This document shows positions 50,364 to 60,089 of a stretch of DNA of 64,000 nt, piece by piece. Source of the stretch: Anaerolineales bacterium (lineage in GTDB: Bacteria > Chloroflexota > Anaerolineae > Anaerolineales > UBA11579); assembly GCA_019637755.1 (NCBI GenBank), contig JAHBVC010000001.1, forward strand, positions 770,480 to 834,479. The letters run 5' to 3'. Position numbers and translations under genes: made by a program. Within the stretch, counting starts at the first letter, position 1. Every line of letters begins with the position of its first letter. Below the pieces are notes generated by a model, which saw only the letters and a program-made list of their open reading frames with translations, did no database searches and was not told the DNA's origin.

Positions 50364-50930
50364 CTACTCAGCCTCTGCGGCCACATTGATCTGCAGGTCA
50401 GCCAGCATGGGCAACCAGCCAGTGAGATCAACGCCTTTAACGATGGTGCGGCGCGTGATGCTGGTAAATGTTAATGATGGGAACTTAAAGATAGGCATCG
50501 GCGCACCGGGCGTGAACGTTCCCATCACTTGAACCACAATGCGATCGCCTGTTTCCAGGGTAGCCGAGGCAGAGCAGTAGCCCAACTCCGGCGTTCCAGT
50601 TGGCGGTTGCGGTGTGGGCGGTGGCACCGTGCGTTCATACCAAATCAGTACATTGGCGGGGAGCACATTGCCCGGCCGCCCCAATTCCACTGCACGGGCG
50701 CGAATGGCGGCGCAATCGAGATACGGCGTGGTAGTGACCGCTTCGCTGGCGCCGGAGCCCAAGCGCGCCGCCTCACGGCTGGCGCTACTGATCGACTGGT
50801 AGACATACAGCATGCGGCCGGCCTCAAAGATGCCCACAATGATCAGCAACAGGACTGGGATGGTGAGAGCAAATTCCACCATGCCCTGGCCCCGGCCAGC
50901 GGGAAGGTGTTGCCGCAATCTACGCCACAT
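50364..50930 (-). CDS. TadE/TadG-like protein
   Basis: GQGMVEFALTIPVLLLIIVGIFEAGRMLYVYQSISSASREAARLG is the TadE motif. The stop lies 1 nt before the next TadE-like start. Confidence 0.7.
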   Translation of the reverse strand: MWRRLRQHLPAGRGQGMVEFALTIPVLLLIIVGIFEAGRMLYVYQSISSASREAARLGSGASEAVTTTPYLDCAAIRARAVELGRPGNVLPANVLIWYERTVPPPTPQPPTGTPELGYCSASATLETGDRIVVQVMGTFTPGAPMPIFKFPSLTFTSITRRTIVKGVDLTGWLPMLADLQINVAAEAE

Positions 50931-50960
50931 AATCAGATTATAGCGATTCGCCGCAGGCGC

Positions 50961-51356
50961 TCACTTCTTTTTGGCGGCCTTGCTCTTGGGCGCCGCCGGC
51001 GCCTGGCGGCCCATGCTATACAAGCGGTTGAGGCTCTTGACCAAGAAGAACAAGGCTACGGCCACGATCAGGAAGTGAATCAGCGCATTGGCAAATTCAC
51101 CGTAGTTGAGCGTGACTGCGCCGGCCGCCTTGGCGGCCTCCAGGCTGACATAGGGGCCAGCCGGTTCACCCGGCTTGAGCAGCACGAACAGATCTTTAAA
51201 ATCGGCGCCGCCCAGCAACAAACCCAGCGGGGGCATAAGCACCCCATTCACCAGGGTGTTGACGATTCCCGTGAAAGCGGTGCCCAGGATCAAACCAATC
51301 GCCAGATCCATGGCGTTGCCGCGGGTTGCAAATTCTTTGAACTCCTTAAACATCAT
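50961..51356 (-). CDS. mscL: large-conductance mechanosensitive channel MscL
   Basis: The product begins MMFKEFKEFATRGNAMDLAIGLILGTAFTGIVNTLVNGVLMPPLGLLLGG. Confidence 0.93.
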   Translation of the reverse strand: MMFKEFKEFATRGNAMDLAIGLILGTAFTGIVNTLVNGVLMPPLGLLLGGADFKDLFVLLKPGEPAGPYVSLEAAKAAGAVTLNYGEFANALIHFLIVAVALFFLVKSLNRLYSMGRQAPAAPKSKAAKKK

Positions 51357-51362
51357 TTCCTC

Positions 51363-51890
51363 CTAAGCAGATGCGTCAATTTTCTGTTGCAGATAGGTTG
51401 AAAAGTGCCCGGCATAGCGTTGTTGCAATTCGGGCAACTGCCAATCTGCGCTGGTTATCGTGCCGCGGCATTGCGCCGTGCCACACGAGCAGGTGAAGTC
51501 CTCGCCCGGGGTGCTATCGCACATGGCGTAGTCAATACACACTTCTTCGCCCGCCGCAATCTCACGTAGTGCCACAATCACGATCTGGCCCTGCAGGCCG
51601 GCGTTGGCATCGCAACTGTGGTTGATGAAATCGCCCGGCCCGGGCTTGCTGGACACCAGGTAAAAGCCATCGGCCACCTGAGCGCTCTGGCGCTTTTGAT
51701 GCTCCGGCAATTCCTTAAAGATGGCGGTGGGCACTACATCGCCGCCCCAGATGGTGACGATCTCGCCTTTGGCGATCGGCTGGGTGGCAAACATGCCACG
51801 GCCCTCGATCGTAGCTTCCTGGCGGATCTCCAGCTTGGGAGACAGCCACGAATTGGGATACGGCAGGCTAAAGTCTTCAGTTGCGGTCAT
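51363..51890 (-). CDS. SET domain protein (putative protein-lysine methyltransferase) with post-SET Cys cluster
   Basis: RGMFATQPIAKGEIV.., NHSCDANAGL and IAAGEEVCIDYAM are SET-domain motifs. The post-SET cluster is FTCSCGTAQCRGTIT. Confidence 0.8.
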   Translation of the reverse strand: MTATEDFSLPYPNSWLSPKLEIRQEATIEGRGMFATQPIAKGEIVTIWGGDVVPTAIFKELPEHQKRQSAQVADGFYLVSSKPGPGDFINHSCDANAGLQGQIVIVALREIAAGEEVCIDYAMCDSTPGEDFTCSCGTAQCRGTITSADWQLPELQQRYAGHFSTYLQQKIDASA

Positions 51891-51986
51891 AGGGATTCAC
51901 TCGGGCGGGCAGGATAGGTGCTACAGTCTATCATGCCCGCCCGCTGTGCTTCAATAGGAGCTATGGGGTGCGCGCCGCGCGTTGAG

Positions 51987-53792
51987 CTAGGTGGTCAGGC
52001 CAAAGCCAAACGGAAAGAGCGGGTCCCCGGATTGGATGGCGGACTTGAGCGGAATTTGTTGCATGCTGCGCGGCCAGGTATACGAGAGGGTGCCGGTGAA
52101 GGGCTTATCGCCAAACAGCAGGTCGCTCAGGCCGGCGGCTTCGCTGCCGGGCCAGAAAGCCGCCACGAAGGCATCCGCCTGGGCGAGCTCGTCGGTAATG
52201 ATCAGTGGGCGCCCCGAATACAGCAGAATGATGACGCGCCTGGCGCGCGCCTTGACGCGGGCAATCAGCTCGCGGTCTGCTTTGGGCAGCGTAAGGTCAA
52301 CGCGGTCACCCTTGCCTTCGGCATAGGGCGGCTCGGCGATCACCACCACGGCCACATCGGCCTCGATGGGCTGGCCGTCCTTGGTACGCTGATCATCAAA
52401 ATGGCCGAAGCGATCAAACACAATCGCGCTGTCACTGGAAGGGTGTGCTTTCATAGCCTCCAGCAAGGTCTCGCCGCGCGTGATCGGGCCATTCTTGCCC
52501 TGCCACTCGATCGTCCAGCCGCCGGATTGCAAGCCGATATTGTTGGCCTCGCCCGCCACGAAGATCAAGCGCGTATCCTTGCTTAGCGGCAGCAGCGCCT
52601 CCTCGTTCTTGAGCAACACGGCGGATTGGGCCACCGCTTCGCGCGCCAGTTGGCGGTGTTCCTCGCAGCCCACTTGCGGCAGCAGGGCTGGATCGGCATA
52701 GGGGCGCTCAAACAAGCCCATTTCGGTCTTGACGCGCAGGATGCGGCGCACGGCATCATCAATGCGCTCGATCGGCACCGCCCCGTTCTCTACGGCGGTG
52801 GTAAGTGTGTGGATGAACTTCTTGAAGTCAAAGGGCACCATGTTCATATCGATGCCGGCATTCACCGAAGTAACCACCGCCTGGTAGTAATCCGGGGTGA
52901 TCTGGTTGATCGCCTCCCAATCGGTGACGACGAAGCCACTGAAGCCCAGTTCGGTCTTGAGCACCTCGGTGAGCAGGTAGCGCTGGGCGTGCATCTTCAT
53001 GCCGCCCCAACTGGAGAAGGAGGCCATCACGCAGCGCGCCCCCGCAGCCAGCGCGTCGAGGTATGGCGCCAGGTGCAGGCGGCGCAAGGTGGCTTCATCG
53101 CCTTCGGTGACGCCTTGATCGAGCAGGTACTGCACTTCGATAAACGTGGTGGAGCTGCCAAAGCTGGTGCCGCCATCACCGACAAAATGCTTGGGCGTGC
53201 CGAGCACCGCGGTGGGCGCATCCAACTGCGGCTCCCCCTGCGGGTTTTGCAAGCCTTGCAGATAGGCCACACTCAACTCAGTGACCAACTCGGTGCGTTC
53301 GCTGAAGCCCTCAAAAGTGCGCCCCCAGCGAATGTCCTGCGGAACGGAGAGCGCCGGAGCATAGTTCCAGTAGATGCCAGTGGCGGCCATCTCCACCGCG
53401 GTGGCGCGCGCAATACGGCGCACCAGCTCAGGGTTGCGCGTGGCGCCCAGGCCAATGTTGTGCGGGAAGATGGTGGTGCCGAAAACGTTGTTGTGCCCAT
53501 GCACCGCATCCACCCCATAGATCATCGGGATGGACAGGCGGGTGCGCATGGCATAGCGTTGAAAGCCATCTACCATGCTGCGCCAGTTCTCGGCGGTGTT
53601 GGGGTTGGGGTAACCGCCGCCCCCGCTGAGCAACCCACCGATAAAGTAGGTTTCCACCTCCTCGGGGGTGATGCTGTTTTTCTCCACCAGGGTCATCTGG
53701 CCGATCTTTTCAGCCAGGGTCATCTGGCGTAGCAAGTCCTCCACACGAGTGTGCAAGGTAGTGGGTTGTGCAGGTTGCATGAATCTCCTCAA
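51987..53792 (-). CDS. glycoside hydrolase family 3 (beta-glucosidase-like), cytoplasmic
   Basis: LTLAEKIGQMTLVEK, GVDAVHGHNN, KHFVGDGGT and GFVVTDWEAI (nucleophile Asp context) are present. No signal peptide is evident. Confidence 0.88.
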   Translation of the reverse strand: MRRFMQPAQPTTLHTRVEDLLRQMTLAEKIGQMTLVEKNSITPEEVETYFIGGLLSGGGGYPNPNTAENWRSMVDGFQRYAMRTRLSIPMIYGVDAVHGHNNVFGTTIFPHNIGLGATRNPELVRRIARATAVEMAATGIYWNYAPALSVPQDIRWGRTFEGFSERTELVTELSVAYLQGLQNPQGEPQLDAPTAVLGTPKHFVGDGGTSFGSSTTFIEVQYLLDQGVTEGDEATLRRLHLAPYLDALAAGARCVMASFSSWGGMKMHAQRYLLTEVLKTELGFSGFVVTDWEAINQITPDYYQAVVTSVNAGIDMNMVPFDFKKFIHTLTTAVENGAVPIERIDDAVRRILRVKTEMGLFERPYADPALLPQVGCEEHRQLAREAVAQSAVLLKNEEALLPLSKDTRLIFVAGEANNIGLQSGGWTIEWQGKNGPITRGETLLEAMKAHPSSDSAIVFDRFGHFDDQRTKDGQPIEADVAVVVIAEPPYAEGKGDRVDLTLPKADRELIARVKARARRVIILLYSGRPLIITDELAQADAFVAAFWPGSEAAGLSDLLFGDKPFTGTLSYTWPRSMQQIPLKSAIQSGDPLFPFGFGLTT

Positions 53793-53800
53793 TTAAGCAT

Positions 53801-55048
53801 TTACTGGTTTTTGTGCGCAGCTGCCATGGCTTGCAGATAGCGCGGGTAGAGCTGGCGAACCTGGGTATTGGGGTCGGCGTTGAACGCCGCTGGCTCCACC
53901 GCCAGTTGCGCCCAGGCCGGAATGGGCTGGACGCGCGGCTGGCTGGCGGCAAACTGGCGGATCACTTCGGCATGCGGCTTCAGGCTGCCATCCGGCCGCA
54001 CCAGGCCGAAGAAGCGTTCGTGCCGGCTGGCATCACAGGGCGGCTGATCCCATAGTGCTTCGACGTAATCGGCAAAGCACCAGGTGATCGCCCCGGTGGT
54101 GCCGACCTCGACCAATTTAGGCAGCACCTGGCGAAAATATTCGGCCAAGTCTTCTTCGGAAGCCATGAAGCGGCGATAGTGCTGGCCGAGCGCATCCCAC
54201 TCCCAATGATAGGAAGCCTGGCCGGGTGCCGCGGTGCAGCCACCGAACTCTTCCATCAGCACCGGCTTGCCACACAAGGCCGCAGTGAGGGCGCAGGTAT
54301 ACGGCACAAAATCCGGATCGAGCGGGTGGCGTGACCAATCGACATACATCGGGTAGGAGTGCATCACAGCCACATCGGTCTCGGCGTACACATCGCTGAC
54401 CATCAAGCCGTTGCGCTCGTGCAGGCTGCCGCCGTGCAGCCCGAGGGTAACGGGGTGCACGGGGTCGATCTCGCCAATCAGCTGGGTCATCTCGCGGGTC
54501 CAAGCGCGGCCGGCCGCGGCGTTGGCCGGCCAGGCGAACAAGTCAGGCTCGTTGCCCAGGTTCCACATCCAGATCGCCGGATGATCCTTGAAGCGCGTGA
54601 CAACGGTGCGCAGTAGCAGCCGCTCGGCAGCCAGCGCCACAGGGTCGGCAAACATATTGCGGTAACCCTGGGTTTGCACCTGGCCCTGGCTCACCACCTG
54701 GCGGATCCACTGGTGGTGCGGCAATGGCCCGCCCAGCAGCCAGCGCGGCGCCCAGTTGGGGCCGCTCATGTGGCCGGTGAAAAAGGTCACATCGAGTTGC
54801 AGGCCGGCATCGGCGGCGGTGTTGCACACCGTTTCGAGGTGCGCCAGCGCGTCCGCGGAGACCGCATCGGGCTGAGGCTGAAAGTCATCCCATAAAAGGA
54901 AGATGCGCGCCACATTCAAGCCGAGCTCACCCATCAGCGCGAACTCTTCCTTGACCTCGGCGGCGTCGAACTGGCCCCACCAGTACATCGCTTTGCGGCG
55001 CGGCCAATAATTGGCCCCTAAAATGAAAGGTTGTGCAGTTTCGGCCAT
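53801..55048 (-). CDS. clan GH-A TIM-barrel glycoside hydrolase (GH5-like), cytoplasmic
   Basis: FILGANYWPRRKAMYWW..EEFALMGELGLNVARIFLLWDDFQP is the N-terminal barrel region, and IWMWNLGNEPD gives the acid/base NEP motif. Confidence 0.72.
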   Translation of the reverse strand: MAETAQPFILGANYWPRRKAMYWWGQFDAAEVKEEFALMGELGLNVARIFLLWDDFQPQPDAVSADALAHLETVCNTAADAGLQLDVTFFTGHMSGPNWAPRWLLGGPLPHHQWIRQVVSQGQVQTQGYRNMFADPVALAAERLLLRTVVTRFKDHPAIWMWNLGNEPDLFAWPANAAAGRAWTREMTQLIGEIDPVHPVTLGLHGGSLHERNGLMVSDVYAETDVAVMHSYPMYVDWSRHPLDPDFVPYTCALTAALCGKPVLMEEFGGCTAAPGQASYHWEWDALGQHYRRFMASEEDLAEYFRQVLPKLVEVGTTGAITWCFADYVEALWDQPPCDASRHERFFGLVRPDGSLKPHAEVIRQFAASQPRVQPIPAWAQLAVEPAAFNADPNTQVRQLYPRYLQAMAAAHKNQ

Positions 55049-55055
55049 GACGGTA

Positions 55056-56432
55056 TTAGGGAGCAGGAACCACCAACAGCAGCATCGATTCGGGGCTGAG
55101 CTGCAGCTCGCTTTGCGGGTTGAGGCTCAGCGCCGGCTGCGGCACGGCGGCGTGGTCTTTGTCGAACAGCAGCACCTCTGCCTGGGCGGGCAGCTGCCAG
55201 CCGGCAATGGTCAGCGGCACCTGCTGCGCCTCGGCGCTGAGGTTGACGATGATCAGCGCCAGGCGGCCATCCTCGCGCAACGAGGCAAATACCGATACCA
55301 GCGCCTGGTCGGAACTGGCTTGCAGGCGCTGCTGGCCGAATTCCTTGTACATTAAGTAGACGTTGTAGATCGGGTTGACATCGTAATTGTTCATCAGCCC
55401 AAATTCGCCAATGATGGCAAATTGATTGACCATGTAGACGCCATTGCGGATCATGCGCCCGAGCGCATCGCCCCACCAGATGGCGTTGAGGTGCGAATCC
55501 ATGGTGGTTTCCCCGCCACTACTGGCCGCCCAACTGGAATTGACTTCGGTCACGGCGATGGGCAGGTCCCGCCCGGTGTGCTGGCGCACCAAGGCGCGCG
55601 CATAGGGAATGAGCGCATCCCATTCGGCGGAGGCGTGCCGCAACTCATCGGCGCTGGGTGGGCCGGCCAACTGTGAGCTGGGAAACGGGTAGCGATGGAA
55701 CGAAACCACGTCAACCAAATCGCCATTGGCCTCGAGGAAGGCCACCATCCAACGCTCCAGCTCCAGTTGGTGCGCCTGGCTGGGGTTGGCATAAAACTGG
55801 TTGATCTCCGGGCCAATGAGCACGATGCTGGGGTCTACGGCCTTCATTGCCTCGGCCCATTGGCGCCACTCACGCACGTACTGGTCCGTGTCGTAGCCAT
55901 CCCCAAATAGGTTGGGCTCATTGCCGATCGACCAGAAGCGTACGCCATACTGCTTTTGCACATTGAGCAAACGCACGATCTCGGCGGCCTTTTCCGGAGT
56001 GCCGTTCAGCAGACGCACATGTACATACGGCTCAGCGCCGAATTGGCGGGCGAGCTGAATGTACTGATCCAGGTTCCATTCATCCATATCGTTGCGGTCA
56101 CCCCAGTTGCCGCCGGGGTAGCGCAATACGCTAAGGTTGGCCGCCTCAGCCGCCGGCTGCATTTGCAGCGGCACGAACAGCCACGGGCCATAGTTGGTGC
56201 CATACACCCACGGGCTCACCGGGCCAGCCGGCTGGCCAGCATCCACGAACAAGCCGGCGTGGCTGACGGCCACAGTCGGCGTGAGCGTGGGCAAGGGCGG
56301 CGGGCTAGCCGGGGCCAGCGCGTCTGCGCTGGGCGCGGCGGGGCTGGCCTGGCAGGCGGCCAAGGCCAGGGCCGCCAGGCTCACGGCCAGGCCGCGGCGC
56401 CACGCGCGGCGCGCCGGGTGCCGAAGGCTCAT
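55056..56432 (-). CDS. Secreted/lipoprotein clan GH-A glycoside hydrolase (GH44/GH51/GH39-like)
   Basis: Lipobox LALAACQA. LSVLRYPGGNWGDRNDMDEW, FWSIGNEPNLF (acid/base) and IAVTEVNSSW (nucleophile) are present. Confidence 0.68.
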   Translation of the reverse strand: MSLRHPARRAWRRGLAVSLAALALAACQASPAAPSADALAPASPPPLPTLTPTVAVSHAGLFVDAGQPAGPVSPWVYGTNYGPWLFVPLQMQPAAEAANLSVLRYPGGNWGDRNDMDEWNLDQYIQLARQFGAEPYVHVRLLNGTPEKAAEIVRLLNVQKQYGVRFWSIGNEPNLFGDGYDTDQYVREWRQWAEAMKAVDPSIVLIGPEINQFYANPSQAHQLELERWMVAFLEANGDLVDVVSFHRYPFPSSQLAGPPSADELRHASAEWDALIPYARALVRQHTGRDLPIAVTEVNSSWAASSGGETTMDSHLNAIWWGDALGRMIRNGVYMVNQFAIIGEFGLMNNYDVNPIYNVYLMYKEFGQQRLQASSDQALVSVFASLREDGRLALIIVNLSAEAQQVPLTIAGWQLPAQAEVLLFDKDHAAVPQPALSLNPQSELQLSPESMLLLVVPAP

Positions 56433-57499
56433 TTCTCTACACCGGTGATGACGATGCCTTGAACAAAGACGCGCTGCGCCAGGAAGAACATCACCATCGG
56501 CAGAGCAATCGCCATCATCGAGGCCGCCATCGCCAGGCCGGGCTGAGTAGTGAAAATGTTGTTGAACTGCGTCATGCCGATCGAAATGGTGTAGAGCTCT
56601 TCGCGGCCTTGCAGGTAGACCAGCGGTTCGAAGAAATCGTTCCAGGCGTAAAAGAAGTGGAACAAGCCCACGGCGACGATCGCCGGGTACGACTGCGGCA
56701 GAATGACGTGCAGCAACACCTGCCAGGGCGTAGCGCCATCCAAGGTGGCCGCCTCATCCAGATCGCGCGGGATGGCGCGGAAGTATTGGCGCAGCAGGAA
56801 GACGTTGTAGGCGTTGGCAAAGAAGTGCGGCACGATCAGCGGCAGCCAGGTGCCGCCCCAGCCGATGGCGCGGAAGAAGATGTAGGTGGGGATCAGGGTT
56901 ACCTGGCGCGGCAGGATGATGGTGGAGATCAGGATGATGAACAGCACGCCAATGCCTGGCACGCGGAAACGGGCGAAGCCATATGCCACCACGATGGAGG
57001 AGAGCAGCGTGCCCACGGTGCCAGCCACCGCGATAAAGATGGTGTTGCGGAACAGGCGCCCGAGGTTGATCTGGTTCCAGGAGGTGGGGAAGTTATCGGT
57101 AGTGGGGTTGAAGGCATACACCGGGGTGAAGGTACGCCAGCGCCCGGGCACGGTGAACAGCCCAGCTTCGGGTGCCTGCGGGTCAACATATTCGCTGGCT
57201 TCGCGGCCGGGTTTTACCAGTGCCAGCTCACGCACGCCATCCTCGGTGGGCACTTCCAGCAGTGGATATTCTTTGCCCTCATAGGTGAAGTTGATCGGGC
57301 TGGCGGGCAGGAACTGCGAATTGGCATCGCGGATCTGGTTGAGGGTCTTGAAAGAGGTCAGGGTCATGTAACCTAACGGCGCCAGGAAGAGCAACAAGAC
57401 GGTAAGGCCGAGCAGGCTCATGCCGATATAAGGCAGGCTGCGGCGCAGCTTGCCCGACCACGAGCGCGGTGGAGTGGAGATCACCTGTGATGCCATCAT
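56429..57499 (-). CDS. carbohydrate ABC transporter permease (MalG-like)
   Basis: The EAA loop is DEAATLDGATPWQVLLHVILP, in a 6-TM pattern. The gene overlaps both neighbours by 4 nt. Confidence 0.9.
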   Translation of the reverse strand: MMASQVISTPPRSWSGKLRRSLPYIGMSLLGLTVLLLFLAPLGYMTLTSFKTLNQIRDANSQFLPASPINFTYEGKEYPLLEVPTEDGVRELALVKPGREASEYVDPQAPEAGLFTVPGRWRTFTPVYAFNPTTDNFPTSWNQINLGRLFRNTIFIAVAGTVGTLLSSIVVAYGFARFRVPGIGVLFIILISTIILPRQVTLIPTYIFFRAIGWGGTWLPLIVPHFFANAYNVFLLRQYFRAIPRDLDEAATLDGATPWQVLLHVILPQSYPAIVAVGLFHFFYAWNDFFEPLVYLQGREELYTISIGMTQFNNIFTTQPGLAMAASMMAIALPMVMFFLAQRVFVQGIVITGVEK

Positions 57500-58434
57500 T
57501 CGCCTCCGGCGTAATACACCCAGCGCTGCTGCGTGCGGAACAAAAAGATGGTGATGAGCAAAACGATGACAAACATCACCCAGGCCAGGGTGGCACCGTA
57601 GCCCATATCGAGGAAGTTGAACGCGGTGCGATACAAATACAGGTTGTAGAACATGGTAGCCCCGTTGGGGTCACCACGCCCGTTGCTGACAATGTAGGCC
57701 TGCGTAAAGTACTGAAAGGAGCCGATCAGCGCCAAGACCAACTGGTAGAAAATGATCGGCGAGATGATCGGCAGGGTGACGTGGCGAAAACGCTGCAAGC
57801 CGCTGGCGCCATCCACCTTGGCGGCATCGTACAACTCCGTGGGCACATTCTGCAAGCCGGCCAACATAATGATCATGGCGTTGCCGGCGCCCCAGATGCC
57901 CATAATGGTCAGCCCAGGGATGACCCATTTTTCATCCTGGAACCAGTTGGGCCCCTGAATGCCGAACAAGGCAACCAGCGCTTTGTTAAGCCACCCCGAT
58001 TCGGAGTTCATAATGCCGCGCCATACCATCACATTGACCACCAAAGGGATCATCGAGGGCAGGAAGAACAAGGCGCGATAGATATTTTTGCCCAGCAAGT
58101 TAGGTGAATTTACCAGCAGGGCCAATCCCAACGGGATGATGAGTGCAAACGGAATGGAAATAAGGACGAAGCGAATGGTCACGGCCATCGCCTGGCGGAA
58201 GAAAGGATCAGTCAGCAGGCGCGCATAGTTGTTGAGCCCGGCGAAACTGATATTTTCCGGTTCGAGCGGGTTGTAGTTGGTGAATGAGAAGGCCAGCGAG
58301 GCCAGGGTGGGCAGCAATGTAAACAGCAGAAAGCCAACCAGCCAGGGGCTAAGAAACAGCAATCCCCAGCGCGTTTCGCGCTTCTGGATGTTATTGCCTG
58401 ATTTTTTCTTGCCGTCAGTTTTTTTGGCAGCCAT
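57496..58434 (-). CDS. carbohydrate ABC transporter permease (MalF-like)
   Basis: The EAA loop is YDAAKVDGASGLQRFRHVTLP, in a 6-TM pattern. Confidence 0.9.
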   Translation of the reverse strand: MAAKKTDGKKKSGNNIQKRETRWGLLFLSPWLVGFLLFTLLPTLASLAFSFTNYNPLEPENISFAGLNNYARLLTDPFFRQAMAVTIRFVLISIPFALIIPLGLALLVNSPNLLGKNIYRALFFLPSMIPLVVNVMVWRGIMNSESGWLNKALVALFGIQGPNWFQDEKWVIPGLTIMGIWGAGNAMIIMLAGLQNVPTELYDAAKVDGASGLQRFRHVTLPIISPIIFYQLVLALIGSFQYFTQAYIVSNGRGDPNGATMFYNLYLYRTAFNFLDMGYGATLAWVMFVIVLLITIFLFRTQQRWVYYAGGE

Positions 58435-58506
58435 GAAAAAAACCTCGTTGCGAAACTACTCTCTGGCGGGCCAAACCGCGGCCCGCCAGAGAGTGTGGGG
58501 TGAAAG

Positions 58507-59955
58507 TTATTCGGCTTCCTTGTAAATGGCCGTCTCATCCGCCAGGAACTGCTGGATGTAGGCGTCCAGATCCAAGTCAGGGTTGCTGCGCAACGCGCTA
58601 CCAAACTGCAGGAAAGCATCGTGCGCCTTGGCTACGTTGGGCAGAGCCAGCTCGTGGCCGGGCACTTCCAGGTAACCAATCATCTTGGTGAAGACATCCC
58701 AATCGACTTCATTGGGAGCGAAGTTGGCTGCCTGCGCATCGTAGAAAGCCGCCTGCTGCGAGGTGCGCGCGGGCAGACCACCATAGATGGTGTACAGCTC
58801 CGCAGCGCCTTCACCCAACATGTAGGCGTAGACTTCGAAGGCCTCTTCGGGATGCTGGGAGTCCTTCATGATGGCGAAGGTGTCACCATGCATCTTGGCA
58901 GTGGTGTTGCCGTTGTAGGAAGGCACCACGGCCACGTCCCAGCTGGGCACCGATTCTTTGTCGATGCAGCAGGTGTACCACAGGTGGGTAAGACCCATGG
59001 CTACCTTGCCGGAGCTGAAGGAGTTGCCGCTGATCAGGTCGCTATCCATGGCGGCCTGGGTGGGCAGGAAGGGCGCATCGCCCCACATGGCATCGTAGTA
59101 CCACTTGATCGCGTCGATCTGCCCGTCAGACAGCACCGCGCTGCCATCGTCGGCCACAGGGTAGAAGGGCTCGAAGTAAGCGCTGAACCAGCGCGGGGAG
59201 TCCTTGGTCCACTGGAAGTCGAAGCCGTACTGCACGATGTTGCTCTTGTCAAAGTCCGGGCTGGAGGCATCGTTACCGGCCGCGTCCACCGTCAGGCGGC
59301 GGGCCACTTCAGCCATGGTGTCGAAGCTCCATTCCACTTCTGCGCCATCCAACACGTACTTCTCGCCCACTTCGTGCGGCGGGTACGCCAGGCCGGCTTC
59401 GTCAAACAGCTCGCGGTTGTAGAACAGCGCCGAGGGGAAGATGGCGAACGGCAGACCGATCAACTCGCCCTGGTCCTTGTAGAACTCCAGGAAGGCCGGG
59501 TCGATGTCGCTGGTGTCGTAGCCGAACTGATCCACCAAGGGCTGCAGGTCCAGGAAGGCGCCGGGGAAGAAGCCACGGCCTTCGGTGCCCACAGGGCCAA
59601 CAATGTCGGGGGCGTTACCGGCCGCGATCTGTGCGGTCAGGTTGTCGCGAGCGAACTTGTTGTCCACGATGATGGCAATCAGCTGGATGTGATCCTGGGA
59701 GGCATTGAACTTGTCCACCCATTCCTTCTCCAGGGGGATCTGCTGCGCCTGCGCGCCTGCGCCCAAACCGATGTACCAGTAGATCTGCACGCGGTCGGTC
59801 TGCACGTCAACGGCATCGCTCAGGACGCCATCGTCTTGCGTTTCCGCCCCGTCATCGGCCGTGGCCGCCGGGGTGGCAGCTCCGCCGCCACAGGCCGCCA
59901 GGATAAACGTGGCAACCATCAGCAGCGAGAGTAAAGCGAGTAACTGCTTCTTCAT
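58507..59955 (-). CDS. extracellular solute-binding lipoprotein, family 1 (oligosaccharide)
   Basis: The start is at ATG (complement of 59953-59955) behind AGAGGAGAAG, giving MKKQLLALLSLLMVATFILAACGG. The body is a large SBP_bac_1-like domain. Confidence 0.86.
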   Translation of the reverse strand: MKKQLLALLSLLMVATFILAACGGGAATPAATADDGAETQDDGVLSDAVDVQTDRVQIYWYIGLGAGAQAQQIPLEKEWVDKFNASQDHIQLIAIIVDNKFARDNLTAQIAAGNAPDIVGPVGTEGRGFFPGAFLDLQPLVDQFGYDTSDIDPAFLEFYKDQGELIGLPFAIFPSALFYNRELFDEAGLAYPPHEVGEKYVLDGAEVEWSFDTMAEVARRLTVDAAGNDASSPDFDKSNIVQYGFDFQWTKDSPRWFSAYFEPFYPVADDGSAVLSDGQIDAIKWYYDAMWGDAPFLPTQAAMDSDLISGNSFSSGKVAMGLTHLWYTCCIDKESVPSWDVAVVPSYNGNTTAKMHGDTFAIMKDSQHPEEAFEVYAYMLGEGAAELYTIYGGLPARTSQQAAFYDAQAANFAPNEVDWDVFTKMIGYLEVPGHELALPNVAKAHDAFLQFGSALRSNPDLDLDAYIQQFLADETAIYKEAE

Positions 59956-60089
59956 GTGCACTTCTCCTCTAAAAAGGGTTAAGTTGTAACACTTGTGAGC
60001 GAATAGCTAACTTTCGCAAATAGGGCAACCACCTCCTCCACGCATACGCTGTAACCAGCAAAACAAAAAAGAACCGGCCCTTGCATCCT

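Noticed and set aside
51903-51942. 9-bp inverted repeat gggcgggca/tgcccgccc with a 22-nt loop between the GH3 stop and the SET gene start, considered as a terminator.
   Set aside because: No U-run follows it on the relevant (-) strand and the loop is long. It might be regulatory or hold a promoter (tgatagact in the loop), but the evidence is too thin to call.
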